From a virus, in the IMG/VR virus record IMGVR_UViG_2773858005_000001, positions 1,962-65,961 of that record: a stretch of 64,000 bases of DNA; one strand, 5' to 3'. Made by a program: the position numbers and the translations under genes. Below are positions 36,863 through 46,741 of this stretch, piece by piece. The notes beneath the pieces are model-generated. The model searched no databases. It saw only the letters and a program-made list of their open reading frames with translations, and was not told the DNA's origin. Every line of letters starts with the position of its first letter. Position 1 is the stretch's first letter.

Positions 36863-37429
36863 ATGAATAAAATGAGTAAAATTTTCAAGTTAAGTATGGT
36901 AGTTTTGTTTGCGGTGTTATTAACTGCATGTGGAAACGACACAGCGAAAAGTGATAAGAAAGAAAGCTCTGAACCAGAAGAAGTTTCAGTTCCGAAAGAA
37001 GAAAATTCTGAGGAATCAGTAAGTGAAACAACCTTTAAAGATGATACTCTTACTACAGTTAATGGTAGCACTATTAAGTTATTAAGTTCAAATGTTGATA
37101 AAGACTACGATAACAAACCTATGTTTGTAATTTTATTTGAATACACTAACGCAACAGACGAACCTAAAAATTTGCAAGAGGCTTTTATGAATTATTTTGA
37201 TTTAAAACAAAACACTGGAGACACTACCGAAACTTTGTCTATGGCGATACCAGGAGAAAACTTTAAATATAATGCTGAGAATGAAAACTTATTGAAAGAA
37301 GTTAATCCAGGCAAGACTGTAAGAGGTGTTTACATGTATGAATTAGCAGATGATAAGAGCCCGTTAACACTAGTAATATCTGATGAAATGATGGATTCAA
37401 TAGGTACAAAAGAATATAAATTAAAATAA
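36863..37429 (+). CDS. Lysogeny-module lipoprotein (DUF5067-like), candidate superinfection exclusion
   Basis: Lipobox LTAC; KEVNPGKTV..YELADDKSPLTL. Confidence 0.75.
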   Translation: MNKMSKIFKLSMVVLFAVLLTACGNDTAKSDKKESSEPEEVSVPKEENSEESVSETTFKDDTLTTVNGSTIKLLSSNVDKDYDNKPMFVILFEYTNATDEPKNLQEAFMNYFDLKQNTGDTTETLSMAIPGENFKYNAENENLLKEVNPGKTVRGVYMYELADDKSPLTLVISDEMMDSIGTKEYKLK

Positions 37430-37563
37430 AAAAATAAGCACTCCCCCAACCTACCAAGCCAAGGAGTACTTACACAAAAATACATAAATACAAATCTCTT
37501 TATGCTATATCATTGTAGCATAACTAACTTGTAAAATAAAAAAGTTTAGGAAGTGACTTACAA

Positions 37564-38676
37564 ATGAGCGTAAAAAAAATGCCCAACGGTACATGGATGG
37601 TCCGTACTAGATACAAGAACGCACAAGGGGTATGGAAAGAAAAGAAAAAGCGTGGCGTTGAATCTGAACGTAAAGCTAAAATGATAGACCTGCAATTTTT
37701 ACAAGAAATTGAAGACGGTGTAATTGATGAAAAAGAATGGACCCTAAGGAATTTCTTAGATACATTTTTCGATTTATATAAAAGCGATAAAACATATGAT
37801 ACAAAAGCTTTATATCAAATTGCATTTAAACAAATATGTGATTATTTTGGAGAACAAACTAAAATTAACACAATAAATTCAATGTCCTATCAAGGATTTA
37901 TAAATGATTTAGGTAAAACTAGAGCCTTGGAAACTGTAAGGACTCGTCATAAAAAGCTACATGCAGCTTTTAAGAAGTGGTACGATTTAGATTATATAAA
38001 AAAAGACCCTACTCTCAATGTAGAATTAACAGGCAACGACCTCCACGTTAAGAAAATTAGATATATAAACGGTTCTGATATGGAGTTAATTGCAACAACA
38101 ATCAAAGAAAAATATGAAGGTTCTACCGCCTTTATAATGATTGCTGTAAAAACAGGGATGCGCTTTTCAGAAATAGCTGCCCTTACATGGAACGACATTG
38201 ATTCAGAAAAACAAACGATAACTATAGATAAATCTTGGGATTATAAAGATAAGCACACATTCAAGCTTACAAAAACAAATCGATCTAACAGAACAATATT
38301 TGTGGATAGTAAGTTAATTGCTTATTTAAAACGATATAAGACAAAACAAAGCGCACTATTATTAAGCAAAGGTGCTAATAATAAACTTGATTTGCTTTTC
38401 GATGGCGGCACTGGCAGACCTATAAGCAACAACGCTGTTAATAAAGCACTTGCCCTTCTATGTGAAAAGTTAGAGATAGAGAAAATAACCGCTCATAAAT
38501 TAAGGCACTCTCGAACAATTCAATTATTTGAAGCTGGGGCTGATTTAAAATATATTAGCGATTCTCTCGGACACGAATCTATAAAAACTACGTTAGATAT
38601 TTACACTCATGTATCGGATAACTTGAAAAAAATAAATGACAAACGTGTTGAAGATATGTTTTCAAAGTTCGGTTAG
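37564..38676 (+). CDS. int: Tyrosine integrase
   Basis: TGMRFSE, HKLRHS, LGHESIKTTLDIYTH. Confidence 0.96.
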   Translation: MSVKKMPNGTWMVRTRYKNAQGVWKEKKKRGVESERKAKMIDLQFLQEIEDGVIDEKEWTLRNFLDTFFDLYKSDKTYDTKALYQIAFKQICDYFGEQTKINTINSMSYQGFINDLGKTRALETVRTRHKKLHAAFKKWYDLDYIKKDPTLNVELTGNDLHVKKIRYINGSDMELIATTIKEKYEGSTAFIMIAVKTGMRFSEIAALTWNDIDSEKQTITIDKSWDYKDKHTFKLTKTNRSNRTIFVDSKLIAYLKRYKTKQSALLLSKGANNKLDLLFDGGTGRPISNNAVNKALALLCEKLEIEKITAHKLRHSRTIQLFEAGADLKYISDSLGHESIKTTLDIYTHVSDNLKKINDKRVEDMFSKFG

Positions 38677-38696
38677 TGGTCACGAAATTGGTCACG
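38677..38696 (+). repeat. Arm-type integrase binding repeats TGGTCACG x2
   Basis: Direct repeats at 38677-84 and 38689-96 immediately after the int stop. Confidence 0.65.
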
Positions 38697-38798
38697 GAAG
38701 TATAAAAACGCCTATTGTTTCACTTTCGTTTTCTTTTATAAATCATTGATAATGAACGTTTTCTTCGTTTATAATACTTTACGATACGCCCTTTCCAG

Positions 38799-38810
38799 TC
38801 CTCTCAGGAC
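38799..38810 (+). other. attR core, duplicated tRNA-Arg-like 3' end (TCCTCTCAGGAC)
   Basis: Resembles the CCCTC-TCAGGAC 3' end of the tRNA-Arg used by Listeria phage PSA (from recall); ~120 bp after int. Confidence 0.6.
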
Positions 38811-38818
38811 ATAATTAC

Positions 38819-38893
38819 AAACCCTCCTAACCCTTGATATATAAGTGGTTAGGAGGGTTTTTGTTTGTAGTGTGCCACAAATTATGCCACAAA
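38819..38893. repeat. 14-bp inverted repeat plus TGCCACAAA x2 (arm of an older integrated element)
   Basis: AAACCCTCCTAACC/GGTTAGGAGGGTTT at 38819-38860; TGCCACAAA at 38873 and 38885. Confidence 0.6.
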
Positions 38894-39182
38894 ATAATTA
38901 AAATAAGAAGCTTTCTATAACAAGAGAGCTTCTTTGACTTTGAAAATATATCTGCCTAAATACCTCCATGACCAAGCAATAGTCTGGCTGTGGAATAGTA
39001 AAATGCGAGGTGTTAAAATCAATATTTATCAATACTATATAAAGGTAGAAACCATTAGTTGTATAAGATTCCACAAATTTTTGTTCAAAAAACTTATTTA
39101 AAACAGCAACACTAATACAACTTTTAACTGGATTTAAAATTTCATATATCTAACTACATTAAGCTATGTATAATTCCAAATT

Positions 39183-39859
39183 TCACTTATTTCCAAGCAA
39201 GGGTTTGTATTTTACATATAGCGATTTTTCAATCTTATCCAATACTGGTATGATATAACTCTCTACTGTGGCTATATAACAATATTTAACCTCGTAACCA
39301 CTTTCGCTATTTGCACATAAAAACGCCGCTAACCTCATGCTATAAGACCCCTTATTACCTATGCCTAGGTGTTCTCTCAGTCTAGAATTAATCTTTTGAG
39401 ATTTCCCTACATACAACACAGCAAAATTTTCGTTATTAATTTCCACACTATTATCAACCTTTTTATAAAATTCCAAACTGTCTTCATTTATTTTTGGAAC
39501 CTTCTTATCTTTCTTAAAAAGATTCCAATTTTTTAAAAAATCAAAAAAAACTCTCCATCATCAATATTAATTTTCAAAAGAAATATGTATACACCATTAA
39601 CAGACTGTTTACTTTCTGAAAATTCATTTTCACCATCCAGAAATTTTACACTTGTATCAGTTGTATCTCTACTATTTTTATTTATTTCAAGACCTATTTC
39701 TTTTGAAAGATTTACTAGTGTTTCTTGAAGCCCTTGTTTTTGAATCACCAATTGATTTATTTCCTCAGTAACCTTACAATCTTGTTCAGCATAACACTTT
39801 ATTTTGGAAAGAATATCACTTTTATTTTTCAATTTACTCAACTCCTTTTCTTCTGACAC
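39183..39859 (-). pseudogene. GIY-YIG-type nuclease split by a frameshift in a T8 tract
   Basis: Adding one T at 39543-39550 joins the 108 aa and 97 aa ORFs (EFFFDFLKNWNLF..EDSLEFYKKVD); LYVGKS..INSRLREH motif. Confidence 0.7.
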
Positions 39860-39937
39860 AAAACTTTCCCTATCTATAGATTAAAAAATATATTATACTG
39901 TTTTTCTTTTTTTGAAATTCCCAACCATATTAAAAAA

Positions 39938-40756
39938 CTAATATTCATTGATAGCTTTTACATACTCATCTATTTGTGAAGATTTACTTAAAATTTTTAT
40001 TGCCTCTGGTATATATCTTCTTCCTGATGAAACTGATGAATGAGACTCCAGTTCTTCGAGAATAATATTTATATCAATATCCTCGAAACATTCGAATTTA
40101 CTTACTAATGGCATAATAATCGAAGTTATTTCTGAATAAATTATATCCGTTACACGTTCTTTTAATCTTAGCGCATCTATTAAATCACTATATTTCCCAT
40201 CTGTTAAACTGAAGCCAATTTTCATATTACTATCTATGAAGTCTACTGATTCTACTCTCAAAAAACTGTATAGTTCTTCTTCAAAATATGGATAATAAAA
40301 TGCTTGTTGTGAAACAAAAATTTTTTTATTACGATTGCAAGTATCGCAACACCTTACCAAATTAGCAGGTATTACAGCGTGTTTAATATACTCATCTTTT
40401 GGTAATATATGATCTAAAGTTGAAGCGTCCTTACTCCCACAATAGGGACAACTGCTTATTCCTATTGGGTAAAAGAATTTTTTGAAATATCCCCATTTAT
40501 TACCCCTTAGCCTACGATAATAATTAAGCATTGTTTTCTTTTCTACTACTATTGTCTTACTTTTATTTTGTGTTATTCTTATTTCTTCACATTTTAAAGG
40601 TATATTATAGTTTCCATCTAAATTATCAAGGAGTGCTTCAAACTCTACTTCCGCCTCATTTAAGATATCTAATAAACCAGCTTCGTATGTATGATCACTA
40701 GTATATAAATCACTTAGAACTTGCTCTACTGTTAGTTTAGGTTTTCTTACAAACAA
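39938..40756 (-). CDS. HNH endonuclease, PtuB-like
   Basis: CPYCG..LDHILPK..NLVRCCDTCN; coupled to the upstream ATPase. Confidence 0.85.
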   Translation of the reverse strand: MFVRKPKLTVEQVLSDLYTSDHTYEAGLLDILNEAEVEFEALLDNLDGNYNIPLKCEEIRITQNKSKTIVVEKKTMLNYYRRLRGNKWGYFKKFFYPIGISSCPYCGSKDASTLDHILPKDEYIKHAVIPANLVRCCDTCNRNKKIFVSQQAFYYPYFEEELYSFLRVESVDFIDSNMKIGFSLTDGKYSDLIDALRLKERVTDIIYSEITSIIMPLVSKFECFEDIDINIILEELESHSSVSSGRRYIPEAIKILSKSSQIDEYVKAINEY

Positions 40757-40757
40757 G

Positions 40758-42230
40758 CTACTTCCCTCCAGATCTAAGTCTAGACTTTATAAATATTTTA
40801 GCTTCTATTCCAATATTAGACTCTGCATATACTTCGCTTAGCTCTTCGTCTGTTTTCGCTTCTAAATCTTTATAAAAACCCGATATACCTAGAGAAACAT
40901 TAAATATTTTTTCTGTTATTATGCTAATACTTTCACCATAACACGGGAAATCAATAGGAGTGATTTTTATCTTTTCATTATACCTTTTCATCTCATACAC
41001 ACTTTCTGAAGGTAACTGTTGAATAATGATAGGCGAATGGGTTGCTATAAAAGCAATTGCATTACGCCTATCAAATATATAGTTCAATAAATTAATATAT
41101 CCCATTATATAAGGTGGATGTAGATACAACTCTGGTTCATCTATAACTACAAACATATCTTCCTCCACAGTAGCAATTAAACTAAAGACCATATACAACA
41201 TATTGGTTTGCCCTGAACTTAATTTTGAAAAATCAGTTTTCATCTCTTTTTGAAATTCAGAAATTGAAGCTTCGCTTTCTAATTCCTGTCCATTGAAATT
41301 ATAAGATAATACTTTATTATTTATAAACTCTTTTAAGTATGGATCGAAACAACTTATTTGTTCTTCTAAAATTGTATTCAATTCTGTTTCCATTAAATGA
41401 TTTGACTTAATAATTTTAATATAGCCATAAAGTTCTTTTAATAATTTTTCACTACTTTTAAAAGTTGTATCCCTTTCACTATCATAGTCTATTATGCCGA
41501 TATATTTACCGTTCTTCAAATTAGAGATTGTATGCTTATGGTTATCAAAAGTGCTCATTGTTAATAGTAGTATTTTATTTATTGAACCATAATCTTTTTC
41601 GGTGAAATTGTATTCAAGTTCATTAAAATCTGCTTCACTTACTTTCGTGATAACTTTTTGAAGTAGCCTGGTTTTACCAACACCATTATTTCCAATTACT
41701 GCAAATACATTGTTAGAAATATGTTCGCTTTCTCCAGTATTAAAATTAAGTCCACCTTCAAATTCATCAAAAGAAAACTTCAAACAATATTCCTTTCTTT
41801 CCTTACCAGTAGATACTATACGAGGATAACTATTTTTCATTACATAGCTTGATTTATTTCTACTGAATGAACTTATAAAAAAACTGCTTCTTGAATATTC
41901 ATCAACTGTTTGGGACAATACAATATCGTGTAATTGCTCTCGTATTGCATCTTTTAAATCCGGGAAATTTTTACTATGCTTGTATATATTAGAATAATAT
42001 TCACTCGTATGCCCCACACTAACATAGCTTTGGGGCAGACTAGTAAAACTTCTTAATAATAATTCATTGTTATAATGAACTTCATTTTCCTTCAATTCTG
42101 TTGTTGTAGAATCAATAATTAAAACTCTTCCTAGCTCTATTCTTGTACGGTCTTTTATAAAAAAAAGATCATAGTGTATATAGTACCCGTAATCATTCCA
42201 AGATATATGTCTAGTTTCAAAAGATATCAT
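40758..42230 (-). CDS. ABC-type AAA ATPase, PtuA-like (Septu-type defence)
   Basis: GNNGVGKT, LSSGQ signature, IDEPELYLHP, ATHSP; N-terminal WNDYGY motif. Confidence 0.85.
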   Translation of the reverse strand: MISFETRHISWNDYGYYIHYDLFFIKDRTRIELGRVLIIDSTTTELKENEVHYNNELLLRSFTSLPQSYVSVGHTSEYYSNIYKHSKNFPDLKDAIREQLHDIVLSQTVDEYSRSSFFISSFSRNKSSYVMKNSYPRIVSTGKERKEYCLKFSFDEFEGGLNFNTGESEHISNNVFAVIGNNGVGKTRLLQKVITKVSEADFNELEYNFTEKDYGSINKILLLTMSTFDNHKHTISNLKNGKYIGIIDYDSERDTTFKSSEKLLKELYGYIKIIKSNHLMETELNTILEEQISCFDPYLKEFINNKVLSYNFNGQELESEASISEFQKEMKTDFSKLSSGQTNMLYMVFSLIATVEEDMFVVIDEPELYLHPPYIMGYINLLNYIFDRRNAIAFIATHSPIIIQQLPSESVYEMKRYNEKIKITPIDFPCYGESISIITEKIFNVSLGISGFYKDLEAKTDEELSEVYAESNIGIEAKIFIKSRLRSGGK

Positions 42231-42366
42231 TATTTATTCTCCTTAGCTTACTTCTTATTTTTATAACACTCTAAATTATACATTAAAAAAAGAAATATAC
42301 CTTACCCTTTTTCAAGAAATAAACAATACATAATACAATCTCGCTTAATTCTATATTATAACTTGA

Positions 42367-43074
42367 TCAACTGCACAAACATACATGCCTTACTTTAAAA
42401 TCCATGTCTGCCATATAAGTTAGAGCCTTACCAGCTAAATCATTGCTGTGCCAACGTGTCATTATAATGATTATTTTACCGCCACTTTCTAATCGTGACA
42501 GCATTGTATTTGTAAACCATTCCCAATGCCCTTCCAGTACTCTTGCATTGTTAGCTTCTAATGATGACTTAATTAAATCATCCACAATCAATATGTTAGC
42601 CCCAAACCCTGTAGCTGTAGTACTTGTTGCCAAGTAATTCATATAACTTCCATCCAATGACCACAAATTCATCGCTGCATCGCCGTCTTTAATTGATACG
42701 TCCGGAAATATATCACTAAAGACTAATTTATCATCAGCAGCTTTAAGTTCTTGAATCGTATTTCGCACACTTTTTGAAAACACAGTTGATAACGTCTCAT
42801 TATATGATCCTGTCATGATTTTTTGTGATTTATCATTCCCTAACACCCACTCAACAAACTTATCAGCAGTCCTTGAGTTACCATGATAAGGCGGTTCATT
42901 AACTATCAAAACATCTTCATCAGAATGTAAAAATTGTTGTAAGTCATCGCATAGCTCTTTTAAATACGTCCGTTCTTCCATGTAGAATTCCGGGGCAGTT
43001 AAGCAACAGTAATAAAATAAATCACGTCTAGCTAATTCTTTCTGTGCCGCTTGCACTATATTTGCATCAATCAT
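42367..43074 (-). pseudogene. terL: Truncated terminase large subunit (headful-type)
   Basis: Degenerate Walker A PPYHGNS (typically PPRHGKS), IVDDLIK, MTRWHSNDLAG; ends before the nuclease domain. Confidence 0.85.
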
Positions 43075-43652
43075 TTGTTTCACCTTTTTTTATTAACGCT
43101 CTTAACTCGTCAGTTGATAGTTCTTTATAAAGGAGTGTTGATGTCCATGCCTCCACTATGATTAACCTCTTTCCTATCACTCCACTTCTGTGACTGACGG
43201 TTATTCAACCAAAAAATATTAGCGATTGTATCGGTCGGCATCTGTTTTTTCATTCTTTTAACTTCAATCATCTTACTTGTTGGTGCATTTACTAAAACAT
43301 CTTCCGGATCTAGTTTTTCGCCTTCACCTAATCCATCATTAGCTTTCAATAACCTAGCGCATTCTTGTTTGAATTCTTTTTCAGTTAATTCCATTCGTTT
43401 GTAAACGACCTCTTCATACTCATAACCACTAGCTCTTTTAAATAAAGCGTCCTCAACCTCGTAATCCGCAATTTCCTTTCCCTTTTTTAAGGACTCCGAA
43501 AACTCCGAATAACGCTTCTTATAAACATAGAAAGTGGATAAAGCCACACCCAAACGCTTAGCAATCTCATCATCAATACAACCATCACGCGCCCACTTGC
43601 TAATCTCATATAAACGCCCACATACATGACTTTCATATTTGCTTCTCGCCAT
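43067..43652 (-). pseudogene. terS: Terminase small subunit-like gene with a frameshift near the 3' end
   Basis: HTH DEIAKRLGVALSTFYVYKK..ESLKKGKE; a one-base shift restores YKELSTDELRALIK tail coupled to terL. Confidence 0.7.
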
Positions 43653-43682
43653 GGCATCAACCCCCTTTCGTTTTTATGCATG

Positions 43683-43708
43683 AAAAAAGACACCGGTGTG
43701 GGTGTCTT
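43683..43708 (-). terminator. Intrinsic terminator
   Basis: AAGACACC-6nt-GGTGTCTT plus T-run on the minus strand. Confidence 0.7.
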
Positions 43709-43800
43709 AAAATCAAGTAAAACCAATTCTATTTATTTCTTTTTATTGAAGCGAGTCAATAATACCACTTGAAAGTGAAAGAAAAAAGCTCGTATTAGCT

Positions 43801-44724
43801 TTAATCGTGGTAAATAATGCTACTATCTATAGAATTATCGATAGTCATATTAAATTCAAGCTTACTGTTAGAGATATCGGATTTTAATTTATCTGATATT
43901 TCTATTTGAGAAGTCGAAATCCCCTGAGGTATTAAAGATATTTCCTCGTCGTACCAATTGTTATAATAACCATTATCTTCTAGCTTATTCAAAAAATTCA
44001 CTATCTTTAAGACCCTAATATAGCATTCATGATTTTCTTCAAAACTTACACTGATATCTGATGTATGCACAATTTTATTTCTGATACGTATTAAACCGTC
44101 TAATTTTTTTCGTAACTCCTTTGGGAATTCCTTTGAAAAATATTTCAGGAACATATTTCCCAATAATTTCACAACGGGAGGCGAAGATACCTCCTCTAAT
44201 AATATTCCTAAATCAGGTAATTTATTTATATAAAATTCTTTTACGCTTAATTCACAAGCAGTAATAATTGCAACAAATTTATCATTATTATTATTAATTT
44301 TTTTTGCGTTTTTTAATTGTATTAGAGGATAAGGAATTTTTTTATAACCTAATATCATCTCAATAAAATTTTGAGCCGAAGATTGTATACTAATATTAGA
44401 AAAATTTACGTTTACTATATTTGATATAATTGCAGTTTTCATTTTTTTCCATTGTTCAGAATCTTTTTCTTTTGTATAATATTCAGTTTGATGGTCTTTC
44501 ATTTCAATATCCATGATAACTATTAAATACTGCAACAAATTTTTTTCCAATTGTAAAAGGTACGTCATGTCTGTGAACTTTTCTTCTGTTTCTATATAAA
44601 CGAAGATACCGTTCTCTTCTAACACAATTTTTTTTAAGTATCTTTCCCCTTCAACATTAATTTGATTTTTTGAGTTGAATGGTAATTTTTTTTCATTTAG
44701 TTTTATAGAAATTTTATAAAACAT
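43801..44724 (-). CDS. HEPN-domain protein, candidate anti-phage RNase
   Basis: R-x4-H motif RNKIVH (44065-44082), upstream ITACELSVK helix; AAGGAGG RBS. Confidence 0.7.
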   Translation of the reverse strand: MFYKISIKLNEKKLPFNSKNQINVEGERYLKKIVLEENGIFVYIETEEKFTDMTYLLQLEKNLLQYLIVIMDIEMKDHQTEYYTKEKDSEQWKKMKTAIISNIVNVNFSNISIQSSAQNFIEMILGYKKIPYPLIQLKNAKKINNNNDKFVAIITACELSVKEFYINKLPDLGILLEEVSSPPVVKLLGNMFLKYFSKEFPKELRKKLDGLIRIRNKIVHTSDISVSFEENHECYIRVLKIVNFLNKLEDNGYYNNWYDEEISLIPQGISTSQIEISDKLKSDISNSKLEFNMTIDNSIDSSIIYHD

Positions 44725-44893
44725 AGTTAACCTCCTTAATAATAATAATGAAAACATAGCGCTTTATAAATCGAGATAACCAAGGTGAATATAGAAATAT
44801 AGCAGTATTTTCACAATACTACTTTAACACATAATGTCAGTATCAAAGTGCCACCTTTGTGTCTACATCAAAATGTAAGTTTATATAGTTCTT

Positions 44894-45499
44894 TTAGCTG
44901 CCTTCAATATCTTTGTTTCCACATATAATAATTGGAATAGTATAGATTTCATTATCATTATCCCTGTAACATAATTCTAATAGAACATCTTTTTCACTTT
45001 TCGAATTACCTGCAATTAATTTTAAATATTCTTCTGAAATCAATTCCTCTTTACTACTTTCTCCCATATTTAAAAGTTCAAAATTTGGAAAATCCCCTAA
45101 AAAATAATCAGATTCCGGTATCTCTGGTTTTTCTAATTTCATTATTTTCAAAAAATTTTCATACCATATTTTATTTTTCTTATTTTCTAAAAACAATAAA
45201 ATTTTCCTGACCATTTTTCTAGAATCATTTGTTCTAACTCCTGCAAAATATACATGAATTGTTCTTTGAGAATAATTGAAAATTCTAACTCTGTACAAAA
45301 CAGTCATATCATAGGACTTAATTCCATTCTCATCAGATGTTTCTTTTAAAGCTCTGATAATATGGATTTTTAAAATCTTTTTACTTTTCTTACTTGCTAA
45401 ATACAGTGAAACACCGACTGCTGAAATTGTACCTATAGCACCAAACCAATCTGCCAGACTTCCTATCTCCACAAAATCACCTTCAATTTCTTTTTTCAT
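44894..45499 (-). CDS. Membrane-anchored hypothetical protein
   Basis: ADWFGAIGTISAVGVSLYLA TM helix then beta-rich soluble domain. Confidence 0.7.
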   Translation of the reverse strand: MKKEIEGDFVEIGSLADWFGAIGTISAVGVSLYLASKKSKKILKIHIIRALKETSDENGIKSYDMTVLYRVRIFNYSQRTIHVYFAGVRTNDSRKMVRKILLFLENKKNKIWYENFLKIMKLEKPEIPESDYFLGDFPNFELLNMGESSKEELISEEYLKLIAGNSKSEKDVLLELCYRDNDNEIYTIPIIICGNKDIEGS

Positions 45500-45608
45500 G
45501 TATCATAATTAATTTTTCTATAACTGTTGACAAAATGACACTATATATAGAAGTGAAATAATATATAATAAAGTAACTATATTAATTATACTAGAAAGTG
45601 GGTTACTT

Positions 45609-46280
45609 ATGATAAAATTCAAAAAAAAATCCTGTTTTGAAAAAAAAGAATCCGAGCAAGACGAATTGGTTTTACCTTTAGAAGAAATATCTAAAATTTA
45701 CTTTGATAGTTTTTTTAAATTTACTCGCGATGCATTTAAAACAAAATTTCCATTTATACTTACAATCATTTGTTTATCAGTATATATCCTTTCAATTGTT
45801 TATACCGTAATAGTTATACAATTTTATTATAATTTAACATGGATTGCTTCTCTATCCTTCTTTATATCATCTGTTTTCGGCTTAATTTTTCTACACTATA
45901 AAACAAACTTTAAAGAATACAATAAAAAAGAACATGTAATTAAAATACGTGATTTCTTAAAAAAAAATTCCCTATACACACCACAAGATATAGAAAATTT
46001 AATTGTTCATTTTCAGAATAACATTAGAAAAGATCTTACAAAAACAGATGCCTCCGCTTATCTTGCTTTAGCAGTTTCATGTATAGTGGCATTAAATAAT
46101 TACGTTCCAACTCCAATTATTATCAATTCATTAGGCATAATTGGATTGGTCACACTAACTTTTTCAATCACTCAAAGTTTGATCCGTAAACCTAAACATC
46201 ATAAACATGCGTACTTATTGGACACTTTAGAAAATATTTTATTTACTTTAAACTCAGATGAAAATGAAAAGAATATTTAA
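45609..46280 (+). CDS. Multi-pass membrane protein
   Basis: About four hydrophobic segments in two pairs around a soluble helical linker. Confidence 0.7.
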   Translation: MIKFKKKSCFEKKESEQDELVLPLEEISKIYFDSFFKFTRDAFKTKFPFILTIICLSVYILSIVYTVIVIQFYYNLTWIASLSFFISSVFGLIFLHYKTNFKEYNKKEHVIKIRDFLKKNSLYTPQDIENLIVHFQNNIRKDLTKTDASAYLALAVSCIVALNNYVPTPIIINSLGIIGLVTLTFSITQSLIRKPKHHKHAYLLDTLENILFTLNSDENEKNI

Positions 46281-46291
46281 TTATACTAAAG

Positions 46292-46726
46292 TCATAAATA
46301 TCCCAACTTCTCCCCTACCAACGCCAGCATCTCATCTTTCTTCCGATAAAGCGTTAGTCTGCTGAGGTGCATTTGTTGTGCGATACCTTCCATCGTCAAC
46401 GTTTGGGGCTGCGTCCAAAAAACATATTTGACAAGTGTTTGCTGTTCTTTGGTGAGCATCTGAAATACTTCCTCAATTGCTTGCACAATACTTTCAAGCC
46501 GTTGAATCCGCCTGTTTTCTAATAAGGCAATCGTACGACGTTCGGGTTCTTGAATGCAGGAAGAGCCGCTTCCTATCCAAGCATTGTCATCTGCTGATTG
46601 ATAAACAGCCCCTTGCATAATATCCCGTCGTAATCTTTGCAACTCTCGTTTGGAAGCATGGAAATAACGAATTTCCTCCTCCAAATAACGACGTTTAGCT
46701 TTGGATAATGTAGATTTTCTTAACAT
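46292..46726 (-). CDS. ArpU/RinA-family transcriptional activator
   Basis: YLEEEIRYF..RRTIALL..LTMEGIAQQMHLSRLTLYRKK. Confidence 0.88.
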   Translation of the reverse strand: MLRKSTLSKAKRRYLEEEIRYFHASKRELQRLRRDIMQGAVYQSADDNAWIGSGSSCIQEPERRTIALLENRRIQRLESIVQAIEEVFQMLTKEQQTLVKYVFWTQPQTLTMEGIAQQMHLSRLTLYRKKDEMLALVGEKLGYL

Positions 46727-46741
46727 TGAGAGACCACCTCC

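Larger units (their letters stand above)
1..38810. mobile_element. Prophage 1: temperate cos-type siphovirus, left end (lysis genes, attL) outside window
   Basis: Canonical module order tail-head-packaging-late regulator-replication-Cro/CI-integrase-att. Core genes appear uninterrupted. Confidence 0.97.

Noticed and set aside
38785-38815. Complete tRNA gene at the att site
   Set aside because: Only a 3'-end-like fragment; there is no D or anticodon arm upstream.
39938-42366. Retron (Ec78-type) system
   Set aside because: No reverse transcriptase ORF (no YADD-type motif) and no room for msr-msd next to the ATPase-HNH pair.
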